DNA of 64,000 bases from Phoronis australis (Eukaryota; Animalia; Phoronida). Location of the stretch: assembly GCA_002633005.1 (NCBI GenBank), contig NMRA01000149.1, forward strand, positions 78,066-142,065, in the 5' to 3' direction. The translations under genes were made by a program, and so were the position numbers. Under the pieces are notes generated by a model. That model did no database searches. It was not told the DNA's origin and saw nothing but the letters and a program-made list of their open reading frames with translations. Each line of letters starts with the position of its first letter. The stretch's first letter is position 1. This document shows, one piece after another, positions 52,901-64,000 of the stretch.

Positions 52901-54115
52901 CAGTTTCCAGCTGCATTTCTCGTCAAAATCTAGTTGCTTTGCTCGCGTTTTGTCCATTTTCCTCACTCCGTTTGTCAACCATCCTCCAGCGCTATCCGAT
53001 GAAGAATTCGACGGCTTCACCCAAGCAGTTTCATTCTGGCACCTTAGTGCGTGCGAGTCAAATACATGTGTTTCTCGAACAGTAGTTTGGTATGGTAGAA
53101 TGTATACTTACCACATATATAGGGCCTACATTTAAATGACGAGGGTGGGTTTTGTACGCGAACGACGTGCTCAGAAAAAAAAATGACACACTGTGAACCT
53201 CATTTTGTAATATCTGTCAAAAATGGACCCTTTCGTGGAATTTCTAGCCCATAAAGTGGTTTCTTTCCTGGATAAGTACTGTAAATCGGAAAGCACCATT
53301 TTGGGGGAATGTGGCCGCAAAAATACTCATCTTAGCTATCTGATCTGGACCTGTACAACACGAATACATCTGTGTAAGAACTCATCCGGATAATATAAAT
53401 AACATAAATTTAACATTCTCTCATAGCTTTGTATTTTACTACAAAATAAATCCAGATTTGCGTTAATTAAGTCCGATTTGTGGATTCAAGTTACTGACAT
53501 GTAACAGATTATGGCTCATACCGAACAACCCATGTTCAACCCGCGAAGGTCACTTCGCGAACCTGGCAGGTTTTACCAAGTAGCATTTTAAATTAGTGTT
53601 ATCAACCCACACATAAAAATCTGTGTTTTAATTCTCCCCAAAACAAAACCTTGGGATACGTCTGCTGAGTTATAGATAGTTACTTTTTTTAAGAAAATGT
53701 TATTTCTGTGTTGAAATGAATGTTTGAGGCAGCTATAAGGTGCGAACTTATATGTTTTCAATGTGTGATCAAATGGAATCACGAACATTGGCGGATTTTT
53801 CAGGGAAATCATAAGTAAGTTTGAAATTTATGGTGCCTTCATTGGAGATACGTATCGACTGCGTTCCGTAGACACAATGGTCTCGTTAAAACGCAAGATC
53901 ACACTTGTCTTACAAGCAAAGTACGTGATCATACTACATTTTTCTCGCGATTGTCTTGTGCCAACTTAACGCAACCCTAGTTGAACCACAACATTCTGGC
54001 TGCCCAACAGGAAGCTGTTTTGTGTCAACAGCCAGTTGTTGTACGAAACACAACATAATTGTCCAACTAACATGCACATTTAGATAGAATATATCAAACA
54101 AACACCGAAAAACCA

Positions 54116-54193
54116 GGAGCCCCAACTGGATATCGAACCACAGGTCTCTACATTTGGCGACCTAGTGCTCTTACCACTGAGATACTGAGGACC
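54116..54193 (-). pseudogene. tRNA-like sequence (SINE head or tRNA pseudogene)
   Basis: Minus strand GGTCCTCAGTATCTCAGTGGTAAGAGCACTAG...GGTTCGATATCCAGTTGGGGCTCC followed by TGGTTTTT. Boxes A and B are present but the stems pair poorly. Confidence 0.55.
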
Positions 54194-55129
54194 CGATAAC
54201 AGTGCAATTACTGTTTGCAGCCAACTGTTACGTCGTCCATCCCATGAGTGGTATTTCACCCTTTTTCACACAAGATTTGGACCATTATATGATCAGCAAT
54301 TTACCAGCATGGGTTGATTAGATATAAGACGATGATGTCGGCCAATATTTCACTCATTATTTTGTATGACAAAAACAATACGGTTGAAAACCACGTCGAT
54401 TCCGTTACGGAATGCTGCTTTGCTCAGTGACATTTGATTTTTGACGGAGTTTGGAGTTTAATGTATCAATTATTAAATTAATATTCAAAACACCTTTCAG
54501 TAGACCATATGGATCAAAAAATAATTAGTGTTTATCTCGTGAATCGTATTTTCATTATCAAACATTTTTTTAAATTATCGTGTCTTTAGTATCATGTGTT
54601 GCTGCATTCGGCAAAGACTTTTAGGTTATATGTGACATCAAAAATATTTCGAATTTACCTACCTTGGGAACAACGTATCTCAAGAATAACTAACTGGACA
54701 CCAATGAAACTATTTAGGTGGATGTTAGGAGCTGCGCCACTTTAATTTGCAACGTACGAAGAGGTATTCCAACAGGATTTTTATAAAATATCCAGAAATT
54801 GCATGAAACTAAGACAAAGTGATAATTTGGAACACTGTAACTGTTCTACAGCTTTCTTGAGATTGCATCTTCAATATTTGTAGTTTTGTAGACCTATCAA
54901 GAAATAAGTGATAGGACGTCCTTGCTTTGAACGTACCTTTCTTTTTGCCTAGATTAACTAGACAAACACGGTCACGACTTTCTATTTTCAGAAAATTTAC
55001 AAATTTACTGCTTTTTTAGATATTTGGCTAAACGATGCACGGACTGCCAGTTAGCTTACAAAAGGAAAGATGATCACGATTTTTATTCACGGTCTGCAAG
55101 AAGGGGGTTGGGTCAAAGTTCAACTTACC

Positions 55130-55463
55130 TGTCGTAAACTGCGAGATTTTTCGAGATCTCTCATATTATGGGATGGGATCGCCATTTTGAACTGATTTCT
55201 GTTTCCCGCCTGGCGAAGACTGTTGTCAAAAATCACCCTGTTCTGAACCTTTTTGAAACAACGTTGTTTTGAAAGTGTCAGATATGACATAAGTAAAGTT
55301 TCAGCAATCCATATTGCTCAGAAAAGGACATTTTACTGGTGTCAGAAAAAATAAGCATCGATTTTGTGACGGTGCTTCAATTTATTTTCTGCCATTCCGT
55401 GATGTGATTTCGAGTAGATCGTTTTAGCTTTCTTTTTCGTTTGTTTCTGACTGTTTTTAAAAG
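55130..55463 (+). promoter_or_regulatory. Putative promoter and non-coding first exon of the PPP6R gene
   Basis: CGCCATTTTG (YY1-type) at about 55180, CpG-rich stretch, strong donor AAG|gtaagt at 55463. Confidence 0.55.
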
Positions 55464-58139
55464 GTAAGTAAAGCGGTTTAAGATAGTCTATGCTGTTGAA
55501 CTACAATTACTCGATACTTTTGATCATTGGTTACCCCTCGGTTTGGTGACGTAACGTGAACTTGCTCTACTTGTTGCGTTGTTGGGACTGCTCATCACAT
55601 GTCGGATTATTTGAAAACGAATTTCATTCACTGACTGAACAAGTGATTTCCTGGTTCTCAAAATCAGGGGCAACTGTATTCGACTAGTGCCCGCACTGGT
55701 GCCTGTGTCTGGGACTTTCATATTCGCAACAAACCTTAACTAAACTTAGTAAAGTATTATCCAAATCTTTTGTTAATGTTAATTGTTGTGAACAAATTAC
55801 ACTGTATTGTACTGTACTGATTGGGCCTATCTATGAAGAGAGTTGTTGCAGTAGGAGATTGGATGACCTGGTTGATTGAATTGTTTTGCCGGAAGAAATT
55901 CAGCCGTCTTTTAAATCTAAGTTGACTATCTCAGATGCAAATTGAGGCAACTACATGTGACCTTTGATGCCTAGTACAAATTCACCAAGTTCAGTTTGTG
56001 ACCATAGATAGGCAACTCGGACATGCATAATATCCTAGAGGAGTCACCCTCTAAACATAATAAACTGAGCTTCTGGTTAGTATTGTCACGGAAAATTCTT
56101 GCATATATTTTACTGTCCAGTACAACAAAAAAAAAATTTTTGGCATTGAAATGCCGTTCAGTCTTCCAATAGTAGAACTCTTGGTATCGTGAGTACTATT
56201 GTCAATGTTACTACCTGACCACACCACAACCAACTGATTAGCTTACAACGTACTTGCCTGAAGTAAAACGTGCTATGTCTGCCAGGTGTCGCTAGTGAAT
56301 AGTGACGTCACGGCTTATGCTTAAGATCACAGCTTTCATCCATTGGAAATATACGGAGTTGGCTGTCCATGTGCTATAGGCTATGGTATCTCGTAAGTCA
56401 GGACTGAGAGGCCTCAGAAAGGTCTGAGTTAATATGTGTCATCTTTGTGTTGATTAAGCGACAATGGATGGGAGTTTTCTGCCAAAAACCTTCGAATTTA
56501 AACGACAAATAAAATTTATGAACTTTTATATATCCAAACAGACATAAGGAAAGTCAACACTGAACAAAAATCAGGACAGCATTATGCAGCACCACATGTT
56601 GGTTTTAAAAATAGTTATTTGCATAAGAGGCATTGGTTTGAGAATGCCTTAGTATGTGTTACTGGACGGATCCTGTTGAAACTATTACAACTCTCGACAC
56701 GGGTGAAAATGTCCAATCCAAAATACAAGATTTGAGCGCATAAAAAGTGGCAACCAAAAAAGAGATGATAATTCACCGGATGTCTCCTTGGTATCCGTAC
56801 TAGTGCTCTCAAATTTGCAACATTTAATTGTCTTGGCATGTGCATTGATTAGTTTCAGTCAGTGTAATTGCTCAAATAGTTTGCTGGTTGCAAAGACTGG
56901 TGCAGATAAAAAAATTGCAGTTTGACATAAAAAATCCGGCAGAATACTCGTATTTACTGGTCAAACAGAAACGCTGGTTATAATAATTGCAGTCAAATCA
57001 ATTTGCCGACCCAGTAATCAAACCAGGACTGTACAGTGCTTACATTGAGCTATACTAAAGTAGGAATCGTGAGCGTCATCGTGCGATAACAATGGCTACA
57101 TATAGTACACTAATTATAGTGCGTGGCTATGGTGTGCGGCTGTGAGTGATGAAACTATCTTACAGACGAATCATTGGTCAGCACAATCTAGGACGAATGT
57201 TATATGTAGAAGTTCAAGAAAACTGCATATTTCAAACACTAGTGCCAGAGTGGTCTTGAAACCTTCTTGTACCTAGTCTAAAAAATTATTACCTAAACAA
57301 TGGAAAGTAAAAAAGTAGTTGGTAAATGTCTGATGTTACGGTCCCGGACTCCAAACTGTTAATGAACTGGTCAGTTTCAGGGTTTCCCCTGCGTGTTAAC
57401 TTCTGGGTGGCCTGCCACGCTCCTTTTTGGCTCTGCCACTTGTAAATCATACTCAAAGTGACCGCCACAAGCCTAATCTTGATGGGGAAATGTTCACGGC
57501 CAAAAATCGCTAGTAAAAATGATTGCTAGTAAAGAGAATGGCAAGTAAGAATGATCGCTAGTAATAAGGAATAAGCACAAGTCACACGGCACCTTTTGCC
57601 ATTTGTGGATCGAAGGGGAAAATACTAATTTTACAATGGGCTCTTGAATTGTGCCCCCATTAAACAATCATTCAATCCCTTTTCGTACCTCGTCTCTGCC
57701 TATCCAAAAGTGCACATAAAATTAATACAGCCGGGGACCAGCCAACGACCTCAATATGAATTCTAAAATGGCGAAGCGCCAGGGTTCGCTTTGCCTAATG
57801 AAGTAAGAAAAAGTAAGCTTTCTGCTTCATCCATTTTGTCGTGTCCGAGTTTACAAAAGATATTGTATGTGAATTATACTACAGGGCGTGACATTTAACT
57901 GTTTAATCAACCATAGCCAAAATGACAATATTGAAGGGAAACTAGGCTCAGATTCGTCTGCATGGACTAAATTATATATCGTCTGCTATGCCGGCCAACG
58001 CCAATCCACTATATCTGTTTTATGTTTAGCAAGACAATATCAACGGAATTTCCATTATAGGAACTAGTTTATTACGTCTAAAAATTCAAATATTTTTTGT
58101 TTTACATTCGTCACGTCATGGATAATTGGAATTTTAACA

Positions 58140-59470
58140 TTTTTATGCGCCCACATATTTATATGTGAACGCATTATGCCGTCATCTCCGTCCGTCCGGG
58201 TGGCATCCGTCCGGCGTCCGTTGCTCTATCTCCAAAACCCTTTGACATACGTTCATGAAATTTGGCACATATGTTCCATTCATGAATGGGACAGCATGAG
58301 CAAACGTTCGGACAGATCTGACTACCGGTGTGCCCCCTAGTGGCAATTTTAGTTTTTTACGCTTACCTTTGTATCTTCAAAAGTCCGGAACGGATTTTCA
58401 TGAAATTTGGTATGTAGGCACTTATTAGTGCGATGACGCTATCCTACCGTTTTCAGATGGATTTGATGTAGTTTGCGCCACCTAGTGGCCATTTTTACTG
58501 TTTTTGCTTGAAGGATTATTGTGAAAATTTGCATGTATGTGCTTACTATAAAGAGGACAGGTGAAGATGATTTTCCGACGATTTTGACTACTGTGGCGCC
58601 TCCTAGTGGCAGTTTTTTTTTTGCGCCTGTGGCTTTATCTCCTAAACCGTTCGCAGGATCTTTACGAAATGTAGTAAGTGGGTTTATATGATGTTAGCAA
58701 CGGACGACGACGACTTTTGGACGGATCCGACTACCGGTGTGCCACCTAGTGGCAATTATATTTTTTTCTTTTTCCTTTGTTTCCTCAAAAGTCCTTAACG
58801 AATTTTCATGAAATTTAATATGTAGGCACCTATTAATAAAATGATTCTATCCTTCCGTTTTCAGATGGATTTGATGTAGTTTGCGCCACCTAGGGGCCAT
58901 TTTTACTGTTTTTGAGTCTGTTTTTTGCGTCCACCCCCTCTATCAACCAAACCGTTTAAAGGATGATTGTGAAAATTGGCATTTATGTGCTTACTATAAA
59001 GAGTATGGTTGACGGTGATTTTCCGACGATTTCGACTACTGTGGCGCCTCCTAGCGGCAGTTTTGTTTTTGTTGCGTCTATGGCTGTACTCCTAAACTGT
59101 TTGCAGCATCTTTACTACTTAATTTAATAGGAAGTGTATTTATTTGATGTTGAGTACGGATGACGACTTTCGGATGGATCTGACTACTGCTGTGCCCCCT
59201 AGTGACAATTTTATTTTCTTTACGTTTAACTCAGTATCTTCAAAGGCGGATCCAGTGGACACTGTGCCCACTAGTGGCAATTTCATTTTATTCTGATTTC
59301 CTTGACAGATTTTTATTTTTATGAAATATGGCATGTTCCTGTTTTTGGATGGGTTGTATGTTTTTGCGCCATGTAGTGGCTATTTTTATGATACAAATAA
59401 ATAACCCTAAAAGCACACCATTTGCGATGCATTCGTGGGCACACTTCAACGCTCCACATTGCTCTTGTTT
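58140..59470 (+). mobile_element. Helentron-associated (HINE/DINE-1-like) element with a central tandem array of about 140-bp monomers
   Basis: 5' TTTTTATGCGCCCAC, (TCCG)n microsatellite, central repeats, 3' inverted copy GTGGGCACA, then a short hairpin-like segment and CTCTTGTTT. Confidence 0.7.
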
Positions 59471-59622
59471 GTACTCAAGGGCATCTACAACTGTGTCTCA
59501 TAACATAAGACTATTTTGTGGCTTCACATTTTGTAATACGTAGCTGGTTTGACATGGCCTGAGTTGTAACATACCTATGCCATGCTCTGCTTTGTTTAAG
59601 TTTACTTATTCTATCACCTCAG

Positions 59623-60428
59623 CAGTGTTCTCCACGGCCTGTTTTAACTCGACGCTGTAACGAGTTTGGATTTTGCAGCGTCGAGTTTGGAAAATGCGCG
59701 TCGAGTTTAGAAAGTGCTGCGTCAGGTTTGAACTTTTGTCCAGGCTTGGTATTTCAGCCCTCAACCCTAAAGCAGTGCCTGATTAACCAACATCAAGCCC
59801 AATACAGAACTTTAGAGGCAGTCAACACTATATGTATAACTTCGTAAGACACTACAAAAGTTTAAATTATAATTAACAAAATCTGCAAAAAACTTTAAAT
59901 AACAAACATTTCATGGAGTCACCTAGCTTGCTTAATTGAATGACTAATCTACTTAGTCATTCTAACTTTAAAATTTTGCAAGTCAACCTATAAAAAAGCA
60001 ATTTAATTTGCTTAATAAAGACAATTTTGATTTTGACTGACATCTAGTGGCAAGTTAGAGAACTTTATGAGCTTATTAAACTTGACAACAGGTGTCACTA
60101 AAAACTAGGTCACATCAGAACTCATGTTAGTAGTACTTAATATGTCTAATTGATATTAAAATCGGCATTGGTATTATTAAAGGAACTTTTGATCTTTTGT
60201 TTGCTGCTCTTGGTCTGTCAAATGCTTTGGAGAAATTATGAGATGCATTGGTAGGAAAGCTAAACTTTGAAGTGTCTAAGAAGTAGGTCACACCAGTGCA
60301 GTGTGCAGTTTTAAACCATATATAAATACCTCCAGCATGACCATGGTTATGGGTAGACACAAAACAATGTCAATAACTGACATTCAACATTTGCGTCGAG
60401 TTTGGAATTTATAATGTGGAGAACACTG
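59623..60428. mobile_element. Non-autonomous DNA element with CAG termini and 5-bp TSD
   Basis: Perfect 13-bp TIR CAGTGTTCTCCAC / GTGGAGAACACTG, subterminal GCGTCGAGTTT repeats, CTCAG duplicated at both flanks. Confidence 0.8.
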
Positions 60429-60914
60429 CTCAGTGATATTTACAAAGCTTTACTAGTTGTAATTAGGATTTGTTATTTTCTGAAGTTGCATGAAAAAGGC
60501 AATGAAACATGTATTTAACATTGCAATCTACTCTTATTCATTCCTAGCAAAACATTCCTGAAGATGTGCCATAATTTCTATCAAGTACTGTGAATCCCTG
60601 TCCTGCCGTGTTCTGTTCCTAATCCTAACGCAAGTTTTTTTAGGAGATTAAAGTATGTTGAGTGATACATATCTCTGCATACAGAGATCACACTGTGGCG
60701 GACACTTCATTGCAAATTTGTCTTGCTTGTTGTGTATTTAACAAATGCTGTGTACAAGAGTGGTTGCTGCCAAGAGGTGGTGCTGTTGTGTAAGGAGCAG
60801 CGCATGGTTGACTTTTCCCTGCCCATCACACATTTCTATCATATCTACACTTGTTTGTTTATGCGTGTATGTTCACTGCTGAATTCTGGGATTTGTTGCA
60901 GATAGAAAGCCAAC

Positions 60915-60971
60915 ATGTTTTGGAAGTTCAACTTGCTGACGTCTCATATTGACACTCTTCTGGATAAAGAG
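60915..60971 (+). CDS. PPP6R3: Serine/threonine phosphatase 6 regulatory subunit (SAPS/PPP6R family), first coding exon MFWKFNLLTSHIDTLLDKE; the rest of the gene lies beyond the window
   Basis: tgcag| acceptor at 60901, caacATG, GAG|gtaata donor. MFWKFDL..SHIDTLLE.E is the PPP6R1-3 N-terminus. The paralog number cannot be resolved. Confidence 0.88.
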
Positions 60972-63900
60972 GTAATAATTGTTACTTTCTCCAGTGAAGG
61001 CAACTTCATAGGTTGTGTGCTGCTTATGTACCCACTCCATAGAATGTTCTCAAAGTACCAAAGTGGTCTTCGTAAAATGAGCGTACCATCTCGCCCGTGA
61101 TTGTAATTGGATTAATATCAAACATGAGCTTACCATGTCTTAATATATCATTGATAGGCTTGTGCAACTTATTTTCCGTGCAAACCATATTTTGGAACAA
61201 ATTTTACTATTTAAACAATCCCATCAATTTCGGCAATCATCTATATCACATCTGTTCATTTCATTCAAAATATGCCAAAATCTTCGAGTTGAACAAGCTC
61301 GAAATGCCATGCTTATTTCAATATTCCAAGTTCTTACACGACATCACCACGAGCTAACCAAATAATCCAACCTCACAAGTTGACCTACTTGGTTTGGCAC
61401 ATACATTTTTTTGCATTAGTATGTGCATGTTGCCAGACATACGGTTGCAGCATGCAATGAAGCCGTTGGTCACTGTGGAGGTAAAAAAATTAATCTTTGC
61501 TAGTTTTACGATCACAAAAATATTTCTATTAAAATTCCATTAGAAAAGACTAGTGTCTGATTTAGAAGAAATTGATTACACAAGCTTATATTATTGTATG
61601 CAGTATTTAATGCAATAACATCACATGGAAATTGGCGAACACTGTATCGAATGAACATGAATGAAAACGCCTTTTTTTACTGATTCCAATCTTTTATAAG
61701 GAGGACCCACTTGCCCTCGAGGTAATGGTCACAACATTTCACAAAAGAAAACCAGTACAGGCGCTCTCTCAATTGACTTATGCAGACTTGCATAGTTTGT
61801 CTGAGGTGCATCCCTTTCTCTACAAGGCATGTGGTTAGATTCACGTGTTTTGCAAATGCAGATGGTGTTAAGATGAAGGGTGGAATGGCATTTTATCTGG
61901 ATGATGTCTAGCTTTTATCTTAGAGGATTGAACATGCAGTGGAGTGCTAGTGTATTTGCCTCTTTATTTGAATACTTTCTTTTGAGATCACATTTTTCAC
62001 GTTTTCTTTTGAAAAAACATTATTTTTGGATAGAGACATGTTAGGCTATCCTAAATTGGTTTTGTTTCCTTTCCACCTTCCTTCATTTGTCTGAGAATTG
62101 TAGGGCGGTATGCAAAATGTTTCCTTTTTTATTGTCCGGACACGCCAGGTGTCTTAATGCCTCGATTTTAGGGATGAATATTGGTCTCTTGACTCTCATT
62201 CTCAGAAAAATTAAAATTAGCATTAGAACAGCTATGTTTTTCAGCCTTGACATGGAGAAAAAGATGTACATTAATTTATAGTGCAGGACGGATTCATCCA
62301 AGATTTCAGGAATAGTTTACAATGACCTGTGACAGCATTTTCGTTTTGGTGACTCTTAGTCAAAGTGCTGCTGTATGGTGGTATGTTACTTTAAGAAGAC
62401 ATGGGTCTGGGCAATAAAGTTTAGACATTCTTACATCATATCTTAGCTAACTGGAAAGGCCAATGAGTTCACATGGCTGCCGTTAATAAGTTAAGAGAGT
62501 CCAATGTTTACAGGCTTACTTTATTGGGATGTCTAATTTTGACTCAGGGTGTCCATTTTGGTGCCTGTTAGATGAATACCTGGTGTATGGGTGATTGTAT
62601 AGTTTGATCTAGGACTCCAATCCTTGGCTCACTCCTTGCACCTTTCTACTTAAGCTCGCCCACGTAGAGTCACGTTGTCAGCTCTGCAAGGTCTACTAAC
62701 ATTGCATGAGGGGTGGAATCAAATATATTCATATGAGTAATAATTGGAAAATTTGAAATGCAGTTAACTGTAGTTTTCAGCCTTTCTTCCAAATGTCTGC
62801 TTCATGCGATTCCTTTCGAAGTGCAGGAAAGACTAACATTTTTATTAGAAAAACTGTCCCCTGACAAACTCGTAAATATTCTTGTTCCTGAAGAACATGA
62901 TTATTTGACATTAATTTGAATATCAAATATTACTGTTTTTCACTGCTGAGACGAGAACATTATACAGTTACTCAAGTCATTAAGTCTTGAGATTTCCCCT
63001 AAATAATTGGAGTCAAGAAAAGAATTTCAGTCACGGTCGACAGTTCTTAATGCACCACGGAGTAGAAGTGTGTAGTCTTTTTATGTCAGTGCCATTCTAT
63101 AATCCCTTGAAGATGGGTATTTCAGTTAAGAAAAGCGTGAAGCTGAGAAGAAATAATATTGTCTCTACGACATCAAAATCCAATTCCTGATTATTGTAAA
63201 TCAAGAAAATGGCTACAAATTTCACAACCAACAAGGACAGCAAAATGACAAGTGAGGTATCTGGCAAACTGGGGTCAGGCCCTGCAAATATAGTTCAGAG
63301 AAAATGCATGAGGACCTCTGCAGTCCCGTAAAGCACAATTTTGCAACAGTCGTCCATCTCCAATAATGGTATAGAATTGAGTCATTGAAGAAATCGTGTG
63401 TAACACAACAAAAAAAATTGCCATGTTTCTGGTGATTCTTGAAATTATGATGGTCAGTATTGTCTTTTTCTAGACTTTGGGTCAGGCACTGACCTTGAGC
63501 AAAGCAATTAATTTTTCAATGTCCCAAATTCGAGAATTTTTATCTTAATTAATAGTGAGTGAACAACTTACCTCCATTGACTTTCTGCAATGCTAAGGGA
63601 GCTAAGTTTCAATTTGGAGTAGAATCGAGTTGCTGATGCGAATTGTGATCTGTGCCAATGGTACCCTATTTCCTACTGCAGCTGATTACAGAGACAGGTA
63701 GCCCACCACTTCAGGCTCTTGTTGACTACTCGAGTTGGTGATCATGGAATGTTATCACTAAACAATTCACAATCGTCTTTTTATTGAATTCATTTCAAAT
63801 CAGCAGTTACTCTGGTTTAAAAATGATCTTCTTTGGCTGTACAACTTTACAAAAGTAGTTTTTGTGCTTTAAACCATGGTAGTTCATCTTTCGTTATTGT

Positions 63901-64000
63901 GTTATCTAAGCTGTAACCCAATGTGGGGTTGTGGTGAATGTGACAATGGTCTCAGTTCTTGCCTTCCGCTCTGATCGCCCTCCCATGTTGTGAGTTATGA

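Noticed and set aside
52521-53135. Overlapping 60-119 aa ORFs
   Set aside because: Non-ATG starts, no motifs and no splice support.
54116-54193. Functional tRNA gene
   Set aside because: Acceptor, anticodon and T stems pair poorly, so it was kept only as a tRNA-derived relic.

Overview
Eukaryotic (metazoan, probably marine invertebrate) AT-rich genomic DNA with GT-AG spliced genes. It is not prokaryotic, and most short ORFs in the track are noise. Four conserved genes can be built by hand: YJU2/CCDC94 (minus, 7 coding exons, 21966->13449, about 355 aa), INIP/SOSS-C (plus, single coding exon 25345-25653, head-to-head with YJU2), SINHCAF/FAM60A (minus, 4 coding exons, 40883->30327, about 294 aa) and the first coding exon of a PPP6R/SAPS-family gene (plus, 60915-60971). 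Introns and spacers hold many non-autonomous elements. These include a CAC...GTG element with a 5-bp TSD (Transib-like) nested in a Harbinger-like MITE, hAT-like MITEs with 8-bp or 5-bp TSDs, two Helentron-type (HINE-like) elements carrying arrays of CTCF-like motifs in convergent orientation, a decayed Penelope-like retroelement ending in a hammerhead-ribozyme-like motif, and tRNA-derived SINEs. An in-frame tandem repeat multiplies the YJU2 exon 3 splice donor. An 850-bp duplication across an N is probably an assembly artefact. I found no intact novel protein-coding system. All assignments come from reading the sequence and recalling families; no searches were run.
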